Of a stretch of DNA of 64,000 nucleotides, positions 40,960 to 59,551 are shown in pieces. The stretch lies in the NCBI RefSeq assembly GCF_009914755.1, contig NC_060928.1; one strand, written 5' to 3'. The notes under the pieces are model-generated. The model worked only from the letters and a program-made list of their open reading frames with translations. It was not told the DNA's origin and ran no database searches. The stretch comes from the human T2T-CHM13v2.0 reference genome, Homo sapiens. The first letter of the stretch is position 1, and each line of letters starts with the position of its first letter. Made by a program: the position numbers and the translations under genes.

Positions 40960-42580
40960 AACTTGTAGCTAAGATGGAATAACAGGGATAAGATTTACCC
41001 ACCTGCCTGCAAAAAACTAAAATAGGGACAAAATATGTGAAACAACAATTTTCAGGACACTGTACATCGGGTAATAAAGGACAGTGATCCGTGAGAGATG
41101 GAAACAAGATAAGCCTTATCACTACCTCTACTTACTACCTTGAGAGAGTTTCCAGGCTGCGGCATATGGTGGGAGAAACCAGATGGAGAATGGTAGACTC
41201 CCTGAGTTCAGGAGATGGAGCTGAAAGTCTGAGGAGACCAAGGCAGTTAGAGTTAACAGGACAGAGTACTAGAGAAGTGAGAACTGCAGAGAAAAAACCC
41301 TGGAGATCTACAGATGGTCCCCTTTGAGTATTCAGCTGAGTATTCAACATTACATGCATGTCAGGAAAGGACCAGAGGCCTGACAAGGAACCACACAAAA
41401 GGATTCAAAGAAACCGTACTTGTGCTCACACAGGGCTAGGAATAGTGCCTGTTCCCACAAACTGGGCTGCAAATGCTCAAGATTTATGAAGCACTGGGTA
41501 GAGCACACAGAAGAATCTTACGCAGTAGTGAGGAATAATTAGCCCTAGACTGAGTACTGCTCTGGACAAGTCCAACAAATCTTTAAAATAAGACCTGAAA
41601 AGATCAAACTTTGAAGTTTTCAAATAATTTAACTTCAAGCCTGAGCAAAACTCAAAAATATTTACAAATATTTTACACCCAACTAGATAAAATTTATGAT
41701 ATATAGCATCCGGTAATTTTCAGGCACACAAAGAAGCAGGAAAATATGATCTATAATGAGAAGATAATAATCATAACTGTCTCAAAACTGACACAGAGGT
41801 TAGAATTAGCAGATAAATACATTAAAAGTTTTATGTAACTATTTCATGTGTTCAAAAGTTAAGTAGGAATATATTAAACCTCTAAAGACTCAAAAATGAA
41901 CAGAATATCTGAGCTGTGGGAACTTTAAGTAGCTCAACATATGAAATTTGAGTCCCTGAAGTAGAGGAGAGAGAAAGCATGATAGAAAAAATATTGGAAG
42001 AAATAATGGCTGAGATTTTTCTGGATTTGATGAAAACTATAAACCCACACCTTCGGAATCTCCGTGAACACAAAGCATAGGAAACATGAAGAAAATTACA
42101 CCAAGGCACATTATATTCAAACTGTTCAACACCTCTGATAAAGAGAAAATCTTAGAAGTAGTCATAGAAAAAAAAGCCAAAGAAAAAGGCAAGCGAGCAT
42201 GTGGGACAGAGAGAGGAAATTGGGTTACGTACAGAGGAACAAAGATGACTATTACAGTATATTACTTGTCAAAAATAGTGCAAACAAGAAGAAGGCATAG
42301 TGACATCTTTAAAGTGCTGAAACTGTCAGCCTAAAATTTCTACCCAAAGAAAATATCTTTCAAAAACAAAGGCGAAATAAAGTGGTTTTTTTCCCCCAGA
42401 TATACAGTAGCTGAAAGAATTGATAACCAGCAGATCTGCATTACCAGAAATGTTAAAGACAGTTGTTCAGGCAGTAGGGTAATGATACCAAATGGATTTA
42501 CACAACAAAATGAAGAACACTGGAAATGCTAACTACATCAATAAATGTATCTGATACTTTTCTAATTATTGAACTTGATA
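40960..42580 (+). mobile_element. Old L1M 5'UTR and ORF1 remnant
   Basis: ORF 42086-42334 contains TPRHIIFKL..TSDKEKIL, similar to L1 ORF1p. Confidence 0.85.
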
Positions 42581-42689
42581 ATAGGCTGAGAAAAGTAAAT
42601 TGGCCCACTTTATAAGACTCTTTAAAGTGCAGTAATGAAATAATAATGGCTAACATTTTGACTACTTACTGTGGGCAAGGAATATTACC

Positions 42690-43237
<548 letters not shown>

Positions 43238-45039
43238 TCGCTAGACAAAGAATAAAGACATTTCCCCTCATTTATCTTTTTGTTAGGAAGGAAAATCTTT
43301 CCTGGTTTCTCTCTCACTACATTCTGTCTCAGTACCATTAGCTAGGATGGGTTGCTTATATCCTCACTGCAGTGAGACTGGGAAGTTAAATACCTAGAAT
43401 TTCTGATCTCTGTATTGGAAGACAGATTGTGCAACAGGGAGTAAGGGCAGTGGAAATGGAAGAAGAATATCTGTTAAGAGTTGTGTATTTTTCTAACTCA
43501 TAATTGTCAATCCTATTGTTTTTAAGGGTAAGGGGCTCAGAGATACATAGCTAGGAAAAATAAGCACCATGGCATTTACTTTTTATATAAAATACAATCG
43601 AATTTATTAGCAACTTTTTCAGTATATAGGGTAGTTTTGTTGTAATATACAAGACGGATTTCTAGACAAAGTGTTTAAGACAAAATCTGTGTCAGTAAAC
43701 TGAACAGAAAAACAACCCAAAATTACCCCCATTTATAAACAGAACAAAATAACCCCACTCTAAATTACTCTGTTTGATTTATTAGTTTAAATGAATTGTT
43801 TTTACTAAAACTGTAATATTGCAATTTTATTTGCACACAAAAGTTTTTGTCAACACTATTGTATGGTTGATTTTACAAATTGATAAGATACTATTCTTCA
43901 AAAAGGATAATCTTTTTTTTACTATAAAAAATTTAATCATTTCTCAGTAAAGCTATTATTTCTTGGTTTGACTTCTAAAAATTTCCTTTACTTCTGACAG
44001 AATACTTTTGACATGGTCAATTAAACAAATAGCCAATTCATGCCAAAAACCAGTTGGAATTATCAGGTAAATGTAAATGGGTATTTATAGTGAAACAAAA
44101 AACATCAAGATATATTTCCTGATAATAAGGTTGTGTTGTCTTGCCATGGACTAAAACAAAACAGTCCTGTAATGGAAAATGTAAAGCTTGCTTACTCGAA
44201 AATCTCAGTACTAAAGGAATGCTACCAATTCCAGTAAAGTATTGTTGATTTTGGAAATAACCTCTAACATTAGACTGCTAAGATGTAGATTTAGGTTTAA
44301 GAAAGCTGAAATGCCCTTTGTAAACCTCAGACCTAAAAATTATACTTGGTTTTTGAATTAAGAAAAAAACCTGGTTGTATTATAATTGTACTGATTACCT
44401 AAGATGTAATTACTAATTGAAGTAGGGGGTTGTCATCTAGATTCTGATTATTAACTAACAAGTTTGAATCTGCTACTGAACTACATGTCTAGTCCTAGCA
44501 TATATTATAGTACACAATTTGTTTTTAGCAGATTTTTCAAGTTCCTAGGAATTAATGGACCTATTAGTTGTAGGTTTTAAGAGTAAATCTCTCACGGTCT
44601 ATTGATTGGAACCAAGGATTTATCGTGTTTTGTTAGTCCAAGTGAAATGTTAGAAGATGGCATATGCTATTGCATTGATTTTGTTTTCTGTTAGCCGAAT
44701 ACTTTTAAGAATGACTTTCTAATAATGCAGATACAGAAATTACATAGTGACTATGCTAATAAAACCTGACAAGTCATTTTTAAGTTGAACCATAAAGATG
44801 GTCAAATATTATTAGTTTCATATGGTTCAATCTGATACTTACATGACTGTATTTCTGCAAGCACAGGTACATAGTGTTCTTAATTATTCAGTAGAATATT
44901 TGTGTGTTAATTCTGTTTTGATCCTCATTTTCATTCCCTACTGTCTGTCAACCCTGAAAGTTATTACTTGTAACAAGCAGGAAGCAACTTGTTAGAAAAT
45001 AACATATATTAATTTGCGTTCATTATAGCATTTTACAGA

Positions 45040-45360
45040 CAATATAGTGTTAGACTTGGAAAACATGTTAGAGGTCCTCTGAGGCCACCCCAGTCACCTA
45101 ATATAGGAAAATCCCTATGACATCCTCTCCAGATGGTTATTTCCCTCTGCTTAACCACTTAAGGACATTATCTCAAGAGTTTTTCTATATTATTAGAAGG
45201 TACATATATGATACTGAAAACTACCCAATTTTAACTCATTGGTCTCAGTTCTGCATTCTGTTAGGAATACCATAAAAAGACTACTTCTTCCAGATGGCAA
45301 ATGTTTTAACATTAAAAGATAGACATCATATCTCCTACTCTCTTCCCCAATGGAAACAGT
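45040..45360 (-). mobile_element. CR1/L3-like remnant
   Basis: CATCCTCTCCAGATGGTTATT..CCTCTGCTT.A motif. Confidence 0.45.
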
Positions 45361-45572
45361 TCCAGCTATTTCTAAGTCATAGGCTCAAAACTTAGGATTT
45401 AAAGAACTTTAAGGAGTATTCCAGCAGTAATCTGATTTACAGGGTCTAAGCTACTTTCAATTTGAATTCCCTACATTGTCTGATGCAGTGCCTTGTAAAT
45501 AATGAGCACTGAATAAATATTTCTTATGTGACTGTAAGACTGAGAGAGGGTAAATGAGATTTGAGTTTATTG

Positions 45573-46640
45573 TCATTCAGTAAATATTTATTGAGAATCT
45601 GTTGTGTACTAGCAGTTGTCCTAGACATTTAGGGATACACCAGTTAACAAAAGAGACAAAATCTCTGTCCTCATTAGTTTTACATTTTGTTGTCAAATAC
45701 ATTCAATAAAGATTAATTCTATAATATAAAGTGTTATAAATGTCATGAAGTGTTATGTAATTGGATAATGGTATGAGAGAGTGAGGGAGTGGGTGATGCT
45801 GGTATTTTAGATTGAGGTGGTCAAGGAAGGCCTCATAGAGATGTTACCTCATAGAGATGAGGTAAGAATTGATCAATGAACTGAATGAAGTGAGGCAGCT
45901 CAGACGTGGATATTTCAGACAGGAGTTGATATAGTTTAGATGTTTGTCCCTGCCCAAATCTCATCCTGACATGTAATCCCCAATGTTAGAGGTGGGGCCT
46001 GGTTGGGAGGTATTTAGATCGTGGGGCCATGGGGGGTGGGTGGGCAGATTTCTCATGAATGGCTTGGGTCATCCCCTTGGTGATAAGTGAGCTCTTGCTC
46101 TGGGTTCATACGAGGTCAGGTTGTTTAAAAGTATATGACACCTCCCCACCCACTCTTTCTCTCCCTTGCTCCTGCTTTCACCATGTGATGTGCCTACTCC
46201 CCCTTCTCCTTCTAAGCTTCCTGAGATCTCCCCAGAAGCCTTCCAATGCCATGCTTTCTATAAAGCCTACAGAACCATGAGTCAATTAAACCTCTTTTCT
46301 TTATGAATTACCTAGCCTCAGATATTTCTTTACAGCAATGCAAGAACAGCCTAATACAGGAGTGTTCTAGACAAATGCAAGGGCTTAATTAAGAGTCACC
46401 AAGACTGGAGTTGAGTGTGTCAGGACTGAAGGGGAGAGCGTGAATAGTTGAGATGAGATAGTTTGAGGAAAAAATCTTGTAGGGAGCTGTGAGCTTGAGT
46501 AGGAATTTAAAATTTTTATTCTAAGTGTGATGGGAAGCCACGAAGCATTGGAATTACATGATTAGACCTATATTGAAGAGTCACTAGTGAGAATAGACTA
46601 CTGAGGGACAAGAGAGGAAGCAAAGCAACCTGTTATAACC
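45573..46640 (-). mobile_element. L2 3' end interrupted by an MST LTR
   Basis: CATTCAGTAAATATTTATTGAG...GGTGGTCAAGGAAGGCCTC...TAAGTGTGATGGGAAGCCA. Confidence 0.8.
45927..46358 (+). mobile_element. MSTB/MSTA MaLR solo LTR with 5-bp TSD
   Basis: TGATATAG...CTAATACA with GGAGT on both sides. Confidence 0.92.
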
Positions 46641-46659
46641 CTATTTTCATAATTTTCTA

Positions 46660-46780
46660 GGGCTTTACTATCTAATGTGGTAGCCACAAGTTCCCTGTGG
46701 CCATTTAAATTTACATTAATTAAAATTAAATAAAAATTAAAAATTCAATTCGTCTGTTGCACTGACCAGATTTTTCAAGT
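46660..46780 (-). mobile_element. MER3-like fragment
   Basis: GGTAGCCAC...GTGGCCATTTAAATTTA..TTAATTAAAATTAAATAAAAATTAAAAATTCA. Confidence 0.7.
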
Positions 46781-46790
46781 TATATGTCTA

Positions 46791-48710
<1,920 letters not shown>

Positions 48711-49649
48711 AGGAGTAGAAACAAATTTGATTCTAGAGAAAATAAATGGAAGAGTAAGCCCAAATAACTTCTCAAATCACAGATGAAACATTATACATCT
48801 ATGTATATTCCAGTAATTACAACAATTTCAACTTAATATTTGGACATTGTCAAAAATTCTACTCAAATTGCTCCATTCTAAAAATGATTTTGATATTACC
48901 AATTTCCATTTTGAAATATTTTATACATTTCAGTTTTTAAAAAATCTAATTTTTATATCTAAGCAGTGACATGAGATTTTATCCTGAATCTTTCCAAATC
49001 TTCAGGCCTTTCATTTCTTAGGAGAAGTGGAAAAGGCAGTGGAGGGAGGGAAGAGTCCAGATTTCAACTCCTGTCACCATACCACATTTCTATATTTCTA
49101 AATGTTTTCTCTAACATCTCTGATTATTACATTTGGCTTAAGGTAGAGCTTTTCTAAGAGTAGTAATATGGTAAGAGAGGTAATTTCTGCAGCTAAATTT
49201 CAGAAAATCAAATCCTGCAATAAGCAAGTTCCTTTCTTTTTCTTTTTTCTTTTTTTTTTTCCCCCAATACTTGTCTCCATGATGAGGTCATGGAGAGAGT
49301 CCCATTCTGGTGCTAGTTTGTTTGTTTGACTTGCTAATCTCCCTTTTTAACAAATAGAGACATGTCCCAAGCTTGGAGTGTTGCTGCACAGGCAGGCCAC
49401 ACTCTTGTGGCTCATATTCAATAACATTATTGTGTTCTCATGTATGGATTGATAGTGACTTTTGTACTTACCTTCTATTTATGGAACATTTTACTGGTTT
49501 TCCATTTAAGAACATAATATTGACCTAAGATTTGCTTTTTAAATAAATTCAAATGTAAAAATGAGACATTTAAAAAATATTAAATAAGGACATTTGGGTA
49601 TGGTAAGATTATAAGGGGAGGAAATAAATCTTAAATAAATTTTATTATT

Positions 49650-49940
49650 GTTAATTATTATTATTTTTGAGACAAGTTCTTGCTCTGTTGCCCGGGCTGG
49701 AGTGCAGTGGCACAGGCCCGGTTCACTGCAGCCTTGACTTCCCCAGCTCAAGCAATCCTCCCACCACAGCCTCCCAGGTAGCTGGGACCACAGGCACACA
49801 CCACCATAGCCAGCTAATTTTTGTATTTTTTTAGAGATGGGGTTTCACCATGTTGTCCAGGCTGGACTCCTGAGCTCAAGCAGTTTGTCCACTCTGGTCT
49901 CCCCAAAGTGCTGGGATTATAGGTATGAGCACTGCACCCG
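49650..49940 (-). mobile_element. AluJ
   Basis: Antisense dimer. Confidence 0.9.
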
Positions 49941-50913
49941 CAGAAATTTTATTCTTAAGAAAAAATAGGTGACTTAGCAAGATGATTCATTAATGCAGTA
50001 CACATATGGGTTATTTGTAAAGGAGAATAGAGCAAAAACATTCTAGGACCTCTTTCTCCAAGTTTCATGACCTAGAACTGTACTAGAACATCATGTCTAA
50101 ATAGCCAACATTACTGATATAATGAAATTTAAATGCTACACTGCAATTAAATTTAATTTTCAAATTCTATCACAAAATGTACTTATTTGTGTATAGTTTA
50201 CATTTTCTAACTTAACAAAGGAAATAATATTTCTACCAAGTGCTCTTCCCTAAATCAGTGCATTACTATCTCTTTCTAGCAGGTCTAATTTCGGGCTAGC
50301 TAGCTTTACCTCTGGGAATTATAGAAGTGATTTTAGAAATAAATGTCAAATAACGATTATTCCTGCTGTTTCCCTCTTATTAGCCAAGTGTTTAATAGAC
50401 ATAGCTAAAGATTTTTATCTTTTTGTTTAGGTATCTGTTGTCGCAAGAAGACTCACTCTGCTATTTTTATCTAGAAGCACTCCGTTTCTCCCTAAAACAC
50501 AGATTTATGACTTAATTCTCTTTCATGTAGGACACCTGTTACCTCTATTTGGATCTTGTGCTTCCAGTTTCTCACTCGTTTAATGAATTCTGTACACTTA
50601 GAAGGCACACAAAGCCTGGGCTGGGGTACACGTGGGGATCACACTGCAGGCTGTGAATGTAGACAAAAATCCTTTGTTGTGGGTGTGATCACTTTAACAA
50701 TTAGTGCATCAAAATCTCTTGTATTCACAATAAGCAATTGCATATTTAAAAATTTTTTATCTCCATTTAAAGATGTAGCCCTCATGTATTTAGACTTTAC
50801 CGTATAAATTTTAATTAAGTTCAGTTCCACTCTCAAGTCCCTAGAATTATGGCAAAATGCTTTCAAAGATAGCCGACTTTCTTATAGAGTTAACCAGCCT
50901 TTTTAGTGAAATA

Positions 50914-51245
50914 TGTGTCCACAATCTCTCATCTGCAATTCAAAATCCAAAAATGTCTGAAAAAGCAAGTGTTTTTTTTTAACTCATTTGAATGCAAAAC
51001 TGTACTTGAGCTTTTTTGGTGGCAAAACCTGACTGAACTGACATGAAGCTATTTACAGTTTTTATTTATCCCACTTAGTGTAAATATTCATCAGTTTACT
51101 GCAGAAATGTTGATGTGTTAGATTACTGGGTGTTGCCCCAGACCTTTGCTGGGGATGTTTCAGAATATAGAGTAAAGCACTGCATTACTTTTTTAAACAT
51201 AACATAGCTGGTCCAGAGTTTGTCATAAGTAGTTGGGAACCCGTG
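50914..51245. mobile_element. MER46C-like Tigger element
   Basis: GTCCACAATC...GGCAAAACCTGACTGAACTGAC...TTTATCCCACTTAGTGTAAATATTCA. Confidence 0.75.
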
Positions 51246-52199
51246 TGTAGATAAGAATATGCATAAGAGATAAAGTGAGGCTAGATATTTTTCTTTTTTT
51301 TCTTATTCTTTTCCTTTTTTGTCAGTCATGTTCTTCTTTGTCTCTTCCTTTTGCTCCCTCTCTCCTCATCCTCCCTCCTAATAAAAGTCAGTAGCAATAA
51401 CCCAATAAGCAGTATCAAATGTGTCGAGTTCTGTCCTTAATACATTTTAAATGACCTTAATAAGATATATAGTTCACTGTTTATAATAGAATCCATAACA
51501 GACAGAACCTTAAATAAACATTATTCTTTGCTAAAAACTTCTCTGCTTTGTTTCTCCAAAAGGTCATTTGAGTTATCATTACAACCCCCTGTGTTTTCTT
51601 CCTTCTGAATTGCACACTGAGTAATTACCACACAAATTAGTAAAATTCTGTTACATTTATCTTCAGACTGATAGAATATGGAGAATAAGACCATTGCCCT
51701 TATTTTGTGCTCTGTAAATCAGTGTGAACATAAATTATCAATTTTACTTTTTATCATTTACTGTAGCTTAGATTTTTCTGCTAATTTAATAAAGGCTAAT
51801 TCTTTAAAAACATACTGTAGTTTTGAGAGAGATAATTACAGAATACGAGCTTATGGAGAGTCTTTGGTAATAACTAAGTACATAAAGCCCCTTTTAATGT
51901 ATGTTAACGAAGGGTAGTAAAACTTTACCTATTTGCTGTGAATTTACTTCATTTGTTTCTAATGATGGGACTCTAGGTCTTAAAATGAAAGGAAAAAAGT
52001 TGAACTTTAAAAATATAACCAATAACGAAGGGATTACTGTTTTAGATTAAAAGAGATATACAGTGTATAGACCTTGTTTGAATCCTCATTTCAACAAATG
52101 CTATTTAAAAGCCAAACCTATTCTGAGATAATCAGGGCTCTCTAGAAGAGGTGGTTTTGGGGCAAAGCCACTTAGTCTTCTTTTCTTGTTAGTCTTCAT

Positions 52200-53532
52200 C
52201 TCTCTGTCCTTGGATGTCTCTTCTATCTGTGTGTACTACTTTAGAGTCTCATGAAATTTCAGGGCTTTAAAATACAATCTATATGTTGACTATTCTAAAT
52301 GTTTATGCCCACCGCATATATTCAGTTACCTACTTAGCATCTTCACTTGAATGTCTAATCAGCATTGCAAACATAACATACAAAATCAAACTCTGAAACT
52401 TTCCCTCCAAACCAACTCCTTTCACAGGCTTCCTGTCTTAGTTAATGGTAACTCCCTCCTGCCAATTTCTTAGGGCAAAGAGCATCAATATCAACAAAAA
52501 CTTTTGGCCCTTCCTTCAAGATATTTCCAGAATCTGATCACTTCCCACCTGTCCCACAGCTACCAGTTTGGGAGCTCAATGTCTCAATGTTTTTATGTTG
52601 AGAACCAGGGAAGCTGATGGTGTAACTCATTCAGAGGCTGAAAACCTCCCGGGGGTCTGCTGGTGTAAGTCATGGAGTCTAAAGACAGGCAGGTATGCAG
52701 TTCTGATGTCCAAGGCAGTGGAAGAAAAGTTTGTTCCAGTTCTCAGAGAGAGACCAGTTCACCTTCTGTGTGTGTCCTATCCAGGCCCCTGACTAATTGG
52801 ATGGTGCCTGCCAATATTGAGGGAAGATTTTCTCTACCCACTCCACTCAGACTCACATACTAATCTCTGGAAACCCCCTCACAGACACACCCAAAATAAT
52901 GCTTTACCAGGTTTCTAGATATTCCTTAATCCAATTAAGCTGACACCTAAAATTAAATCCACAAGTCTACTCCTTGTCAACTTGGCATTCATATGCATCT
53001 CCTCAAACCATAACTCATTTCCAAATAAAGACAATAACCAGGCAATAGTTTCACCTAACACGATGCAACTATCCTGTGATTGTGATTTTCAGAATTTTAG
53101 ACTTTAGGGATTTTGATCTTTTGAGATTTCAACATTTGGGATTATGACTTTCAGGATTCTGTCTTTTGGAATTATGATCCAAATTCTTTACTTTCTGCCC
53201 AGAATGTTCTTTCCTATGTATATGCACATCTCACTCTCTCACCTCCTTTAGAACTTTGCTCAAATGACAAACTCTCAGTGAGGGCTTCCTTGATTGTTAT
53301 ATTTTAAATGTCTACTTTCTGACTTTCCTGCTATTCCCTAGGCCTCCTTCTTAGTTATTTTCCTCCATCACATTTATTACCATACGATATTCTAGTTATT
53401 GTACTTATTTATTGTCTGTCTTCTCCATAGGACCAGTTATTTTTGTCTAGTTTATTCACTCTTATCTCCTCAGTACTTAAAACAGTGCCTGGCTCATAGT
53501 AAATAATAAATATTTGTTAATTGATTGAATAA
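52200..53532 (+). mobile_element. L2 3' region interrupted by a Ricksha-like element
   Basis: CTTCACTTGAATGTCTAA; ends AACAGTGCCTGGCTCATAGTA...AAATATTTGTTAATTGATTGAAT. Confidence 0.8.
52570..53186 (-). mobile_element. Ricksha-like MULE/MuDR element carrying ERVL internal 3' end and part of an MLT2 LTR
   Basis: Minus strand begins TTTGGATCATAATTCCAAAAGAC...AAAATCCCTAAAGTCTAAAA, then ERVL-type GCCAAGTTGACAAGGAGTAGACT|TGTG into MLT2. Confidence 0.75.
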
Positions 53533-54156
53533 AAACCTAGCACCTATCAATGCATAGCACATAATAGTTGTAACAAATATTTAAATAAATGAAGGAATTA
53601 ATAATCTAGTTGGTGGATCGTTCCATTCTTTTACAATTTATTTGACTCTCTTGTAGCTTTATTTTCTTTTTTATACTGCATAGACCCCATAATCCTTCCC
53701 CACAATAACTCCTGCCACAACTCTCAACTCTCTTTCTGCAGTATCCTCCAAGCAAATCTTTGACTTCTCTCTACTTATTTGTTGGTTGCTAAATGCAACC
53801 AAGAAAAAGCTGAGGATCTGATCTCTGGCTCAAGGGACAGCCAAAAAGAGAATACCCAGGGACCAGTGCTCTCATTATAAGATGATATATGATTCTATAG
53901 TACCTGAGCTCTGCAGCTCTAATAGTCCCTTTGCTTTGTTTAGTTTTCTAGTTTTGTAGACTTAAAAGGGCACCACTCAAAATAGCCCTTTGTTGAATAG
54001 TTAGTTCAGTTGCTAAAATCAAGGATGAGCATGGTAAGGAAGTATTCAACTAGCTGACCTCTGAGTAATTAGGAAAGTCTGGCATTGACTGCTCATCTTA
54101 GAATTGATTAACATCATAGGAGCTATTGGAATTGAGGGTTAAAGCTTTATCCAAAA

Positions 54157-54322
54157 GCTGGGTGCAGTGGCATGCCTATAGTTGCAGCTACTTGGGAGGC
54201 TGAGGCGGGATTGCTTAAGGCCAAGAGTTTGAGAATGCAGTGTGCCATGATCATGCCTGTGAATAGCCACTGTACTCCAATCTGGTTAACATAGTCAGAA
54301 CCTGACTCTAAAAAGCAACAAA
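54157..54322 (+). mobile_element. FAM with perfect 16-bp TSD
   Basis: GCCTGTGAATAGCCACTG; AAAGCTTTATCCAAAA at 54141-54156 and 54323-54338. Confidence 0.9.
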
Positions 54323-56099
54323 AAAGCTTTATCCAAAAATGCAATGGTTCTTTAACATTATTGTGTATGGGACCTACCTGGGGAGCTACAGATTCCTGAA
54401 TACACAGTGAAAGCCATTCTTTGAGGGTATATATAAGCACATGGGCAGGTATATGAAGCATTTGAAATAGGTCATGAGGACTACCTCACTAAGCCAATGA
54501 ATGAGGCCATTAGACAAGAAGTCCTCCACCTAACATTTCCATCTCTAAACATGAAACATGCTCCTTTCCCTTTGACTTCAGCAGACCAGATGAAGTATCA
54601 TTGGAAAGGTAATCACTCTCTAATCTTTGTGACTTTACCTATTGCTTACCCACCTCCTCCTATATCTTGGAACTTTCATGATCTGACTGGTATTTACCAC
54701 TTAGCTTCATCTCTTGTCTTCTCTTCCCCTTCTCTGGATAGTCTACAGAATTTGAATACCTCCTACTGTTTCTTGTCTCTCTCTTAATACAGGTTATTTC
54801 CCCTACCTGGAAGGCCTTAACTATAACCCCCTTATATCTTCTTTATCTACCTTCTTCTTACTTACACCCTCCTCCCTCATCCCAACCTTGGAATCATTTC
54901 TAAAATCTTCCTTTCTGGTCTAATTAAATACCCTTTTTGGAATCCCATGGCACTTTGAACCATTATGATATTTAACACAATATATATTATAATCATTGAT
55001 TTATCCTCTCACCTGCTAGATATTTTTAGTTTGTTTTTGTTTGCTTATTTTTTTGTGTGTATGTGTGTGTGTTTAATGTCTGGTACCACACCACACCTAT
55101 TCAACTTTTAGTCCCAGACTCATGGTCCTGAAGTCTAAAGGCTTGTTGGTAGAATTCAGTCCTTGTGATTGTAGGACCTTTTCTTCCTGGTCGTTGGCTG
55201 GGATACACTTTTGGCTCCTAGAGGCCACCCTTAGGTCCTTGCGATATGCCCCACTACGTAGGCAGTTTACAACGTGAAAGGAATCTTGAGGGCAATCGCA
55301 GAATGCTGCTTAGCACACTATTTTTTACAATGTAAAGGACAAATATGAATTTTTACTTGATCTTTTGTGTTTTATCCGTATTTGTTTCCTTTGGTTGCTG
55401 TCCAGTAGACATTTTAAGTCTATGTAATTTAGGAAGATCAGCAGTATCCTAAAGCAATGATCTTAACATAAGTCTGTAGGTAGCGAGGAAAGGTGTTGTA
55501 GAAAGACAATACTCAACATCAAAATTCTACCATTGCATTGTTTTCTGTTGGTACCTTCCAGTTGGTGAAGAGAAAGAACAAATGTGAAATTAGAGATTTC
55601 CCCCCTGGTTTTACTTTTCTCCTAAGTTTAAATGATGCAGAGAGGGACTGAAGAATTCCAGAGTTTTTCTTCTTATTCTTTGAAGCTGTCCTTTGAAAGC
55701 AGGGACTAGGCATACATGATTTCTATTTAGATAAGTAGTTGACATGAACCAGAGGCCCAGAAAGGCAATTTAGACTTGTGTTTATTTTAGTTTATCTTCT
55801 TTCACAGGGAAAGCATAATGGAAAAGTTGACAAATACTAAACATTGCTCCAACTGCAACAAAAACATTTAGATACATGCTGTTTCTACCTTGTGGCAACA
55901 TCCAATTAAAACTTCACTGAGCTTTATTCCTTTTTCTCTTAAAATTCCTATTCTTTCTTAGTTTTTTGTAACTATATTAGGCAATAATATTTTTTCTCTA
56001 CTACCTGATCTATAACTACTTCTAATGGAAAGAAATATTAATGTATTTTGTATTAGGGAGATGAACCCTTAATCTTCTACACCTCTAATAGTGCTTTTA

Positions 56100-56823
56100 T
56101 TAGTGAGAGTGCAAAGATGCTGGAACTCTTTGCATTGTTGGTGGGGATGTAAAATGGTGCAGCTACTATGAAAAACAGTAATCCTGAATAAATTAAAAAT
56201 ACAATTACCATATGATTTAGCAATTCCACTTTTGGGTATACAGTTGAACCTTAAGTTTTAGGGGAATAAAAAGTTATATGTGGATTTTCAACTGCACAGA
56301 GGGTCAGTTCCCCCAACCCCTACGTTACTCAAGGGTCAGCTGTATATCCAAAATAATTCAAAGCAGGATCTCAAAGAGATATCTGCATACCCATGTTCAT
56401 CACAGCATTATGTGTAATAGCCAAGAACTGGAAACAACCCCAAATGTTCTAAACAGGTGAATGGATACAGAAAATGTGGTATATACATATATGGTAAAAT
56501 ATTTTGCAGCCTTAAAAAAGAAGGAAATCCTGTCACATGCTATAACATGGATGAACCTTGAGGACATTATGTGAAGCAAAATAAGCTAGTCATTTAGGAC
56601 AAGTACTAAATGATTCCACTCATATGAAATATCTAAAATAGTCAAAATCATAGAAACAGAAAGTACAAAGTTGGTTACCAAGGGCATTTCAGTTTTACAA
56701 GGTAAAGTTCCAGAGGTCTGTTCAATAACGATGTGAATATATTTAACACTACTGAACTATACACTTAAAAATGGGTTAAAATAGTAAATTTAACATTGTA
56801 TATTTTTACCACAATAAAAAAAA
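56100..56823 (+). mobile_element. L1MA/MB 3' end
   Basis: TGTTGGTGGGGATGTAAAATGGTGCAGC...ACATGGATGAACCTTGAGGACATTATG...CACAATAAAAAAAA. Confidence 0.88.
56241..56342 (-). mobile_element. 102-bp mini Tigger2-like element with both TIR tips and TA TSD
   Basis: TA|CAGTTGAACCTT...AAGGGTCAGCTG|TA inserted in the L1 motif TGGGTATATATCCAAA. Confidence 0.8.
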
Positions 56824-57004
56824 TGAGAAAAGTTAACTTTTAGAAAACAAATTTACCATTTATTATTATTTCTTAAAAAGCAAATGTTACCTGAAGTTGT
56901 GGTTAGTTTCTTCTAACACTAAAAACATCCAGGCAGCTTCATGGAACAAAGAAAAGGATTGCTGTTTCACCTTTGATTGGGTTTAGTTTTTGGTTTTTTT
57001 TTTT

Positions 57005-59150
<2,146 letters not shown>

Positions 59151-59254
59151 TTTTTAATGGCCTTCAAGACCTTATTGTGTGCAGAAAAGCTTATTGAAAA
59201 TTATTTTTAAATGAACATTCTTATTACATTAAAAATTCTAAAACCTATGTCTTA

Positions 59255-59551
59255 CTTTTTTTTTAATGGGGTCTTGCTCTGTTGCCCAGGCTGGAGTGGA
59301 GTGGTGCAATTATAGCATTGCAGTCTCCACCTCCCAGGCTCAAGCAATCCTCCCATCTCAACCTCTCAGGTAGCTGGGACTACAGGCACGCACCATCATG
59401 TTCAGCTAATTTTTTTAAAAAGCATTATTATATATAGAGACGAGGTATCGCTGTATTGCCCAGGCAGTCTTGAACCCCTGGACTCAAGTGATCCTCTCAC
59501 CTTGGCCTCCCAAAGTGCTGGGATTACAGGCATAAGTCACTGCACCTGGCC
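59255..59551 (-). mobile_element. AluJ
   Basis: Antisense dimer. Confidence 0.9.
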
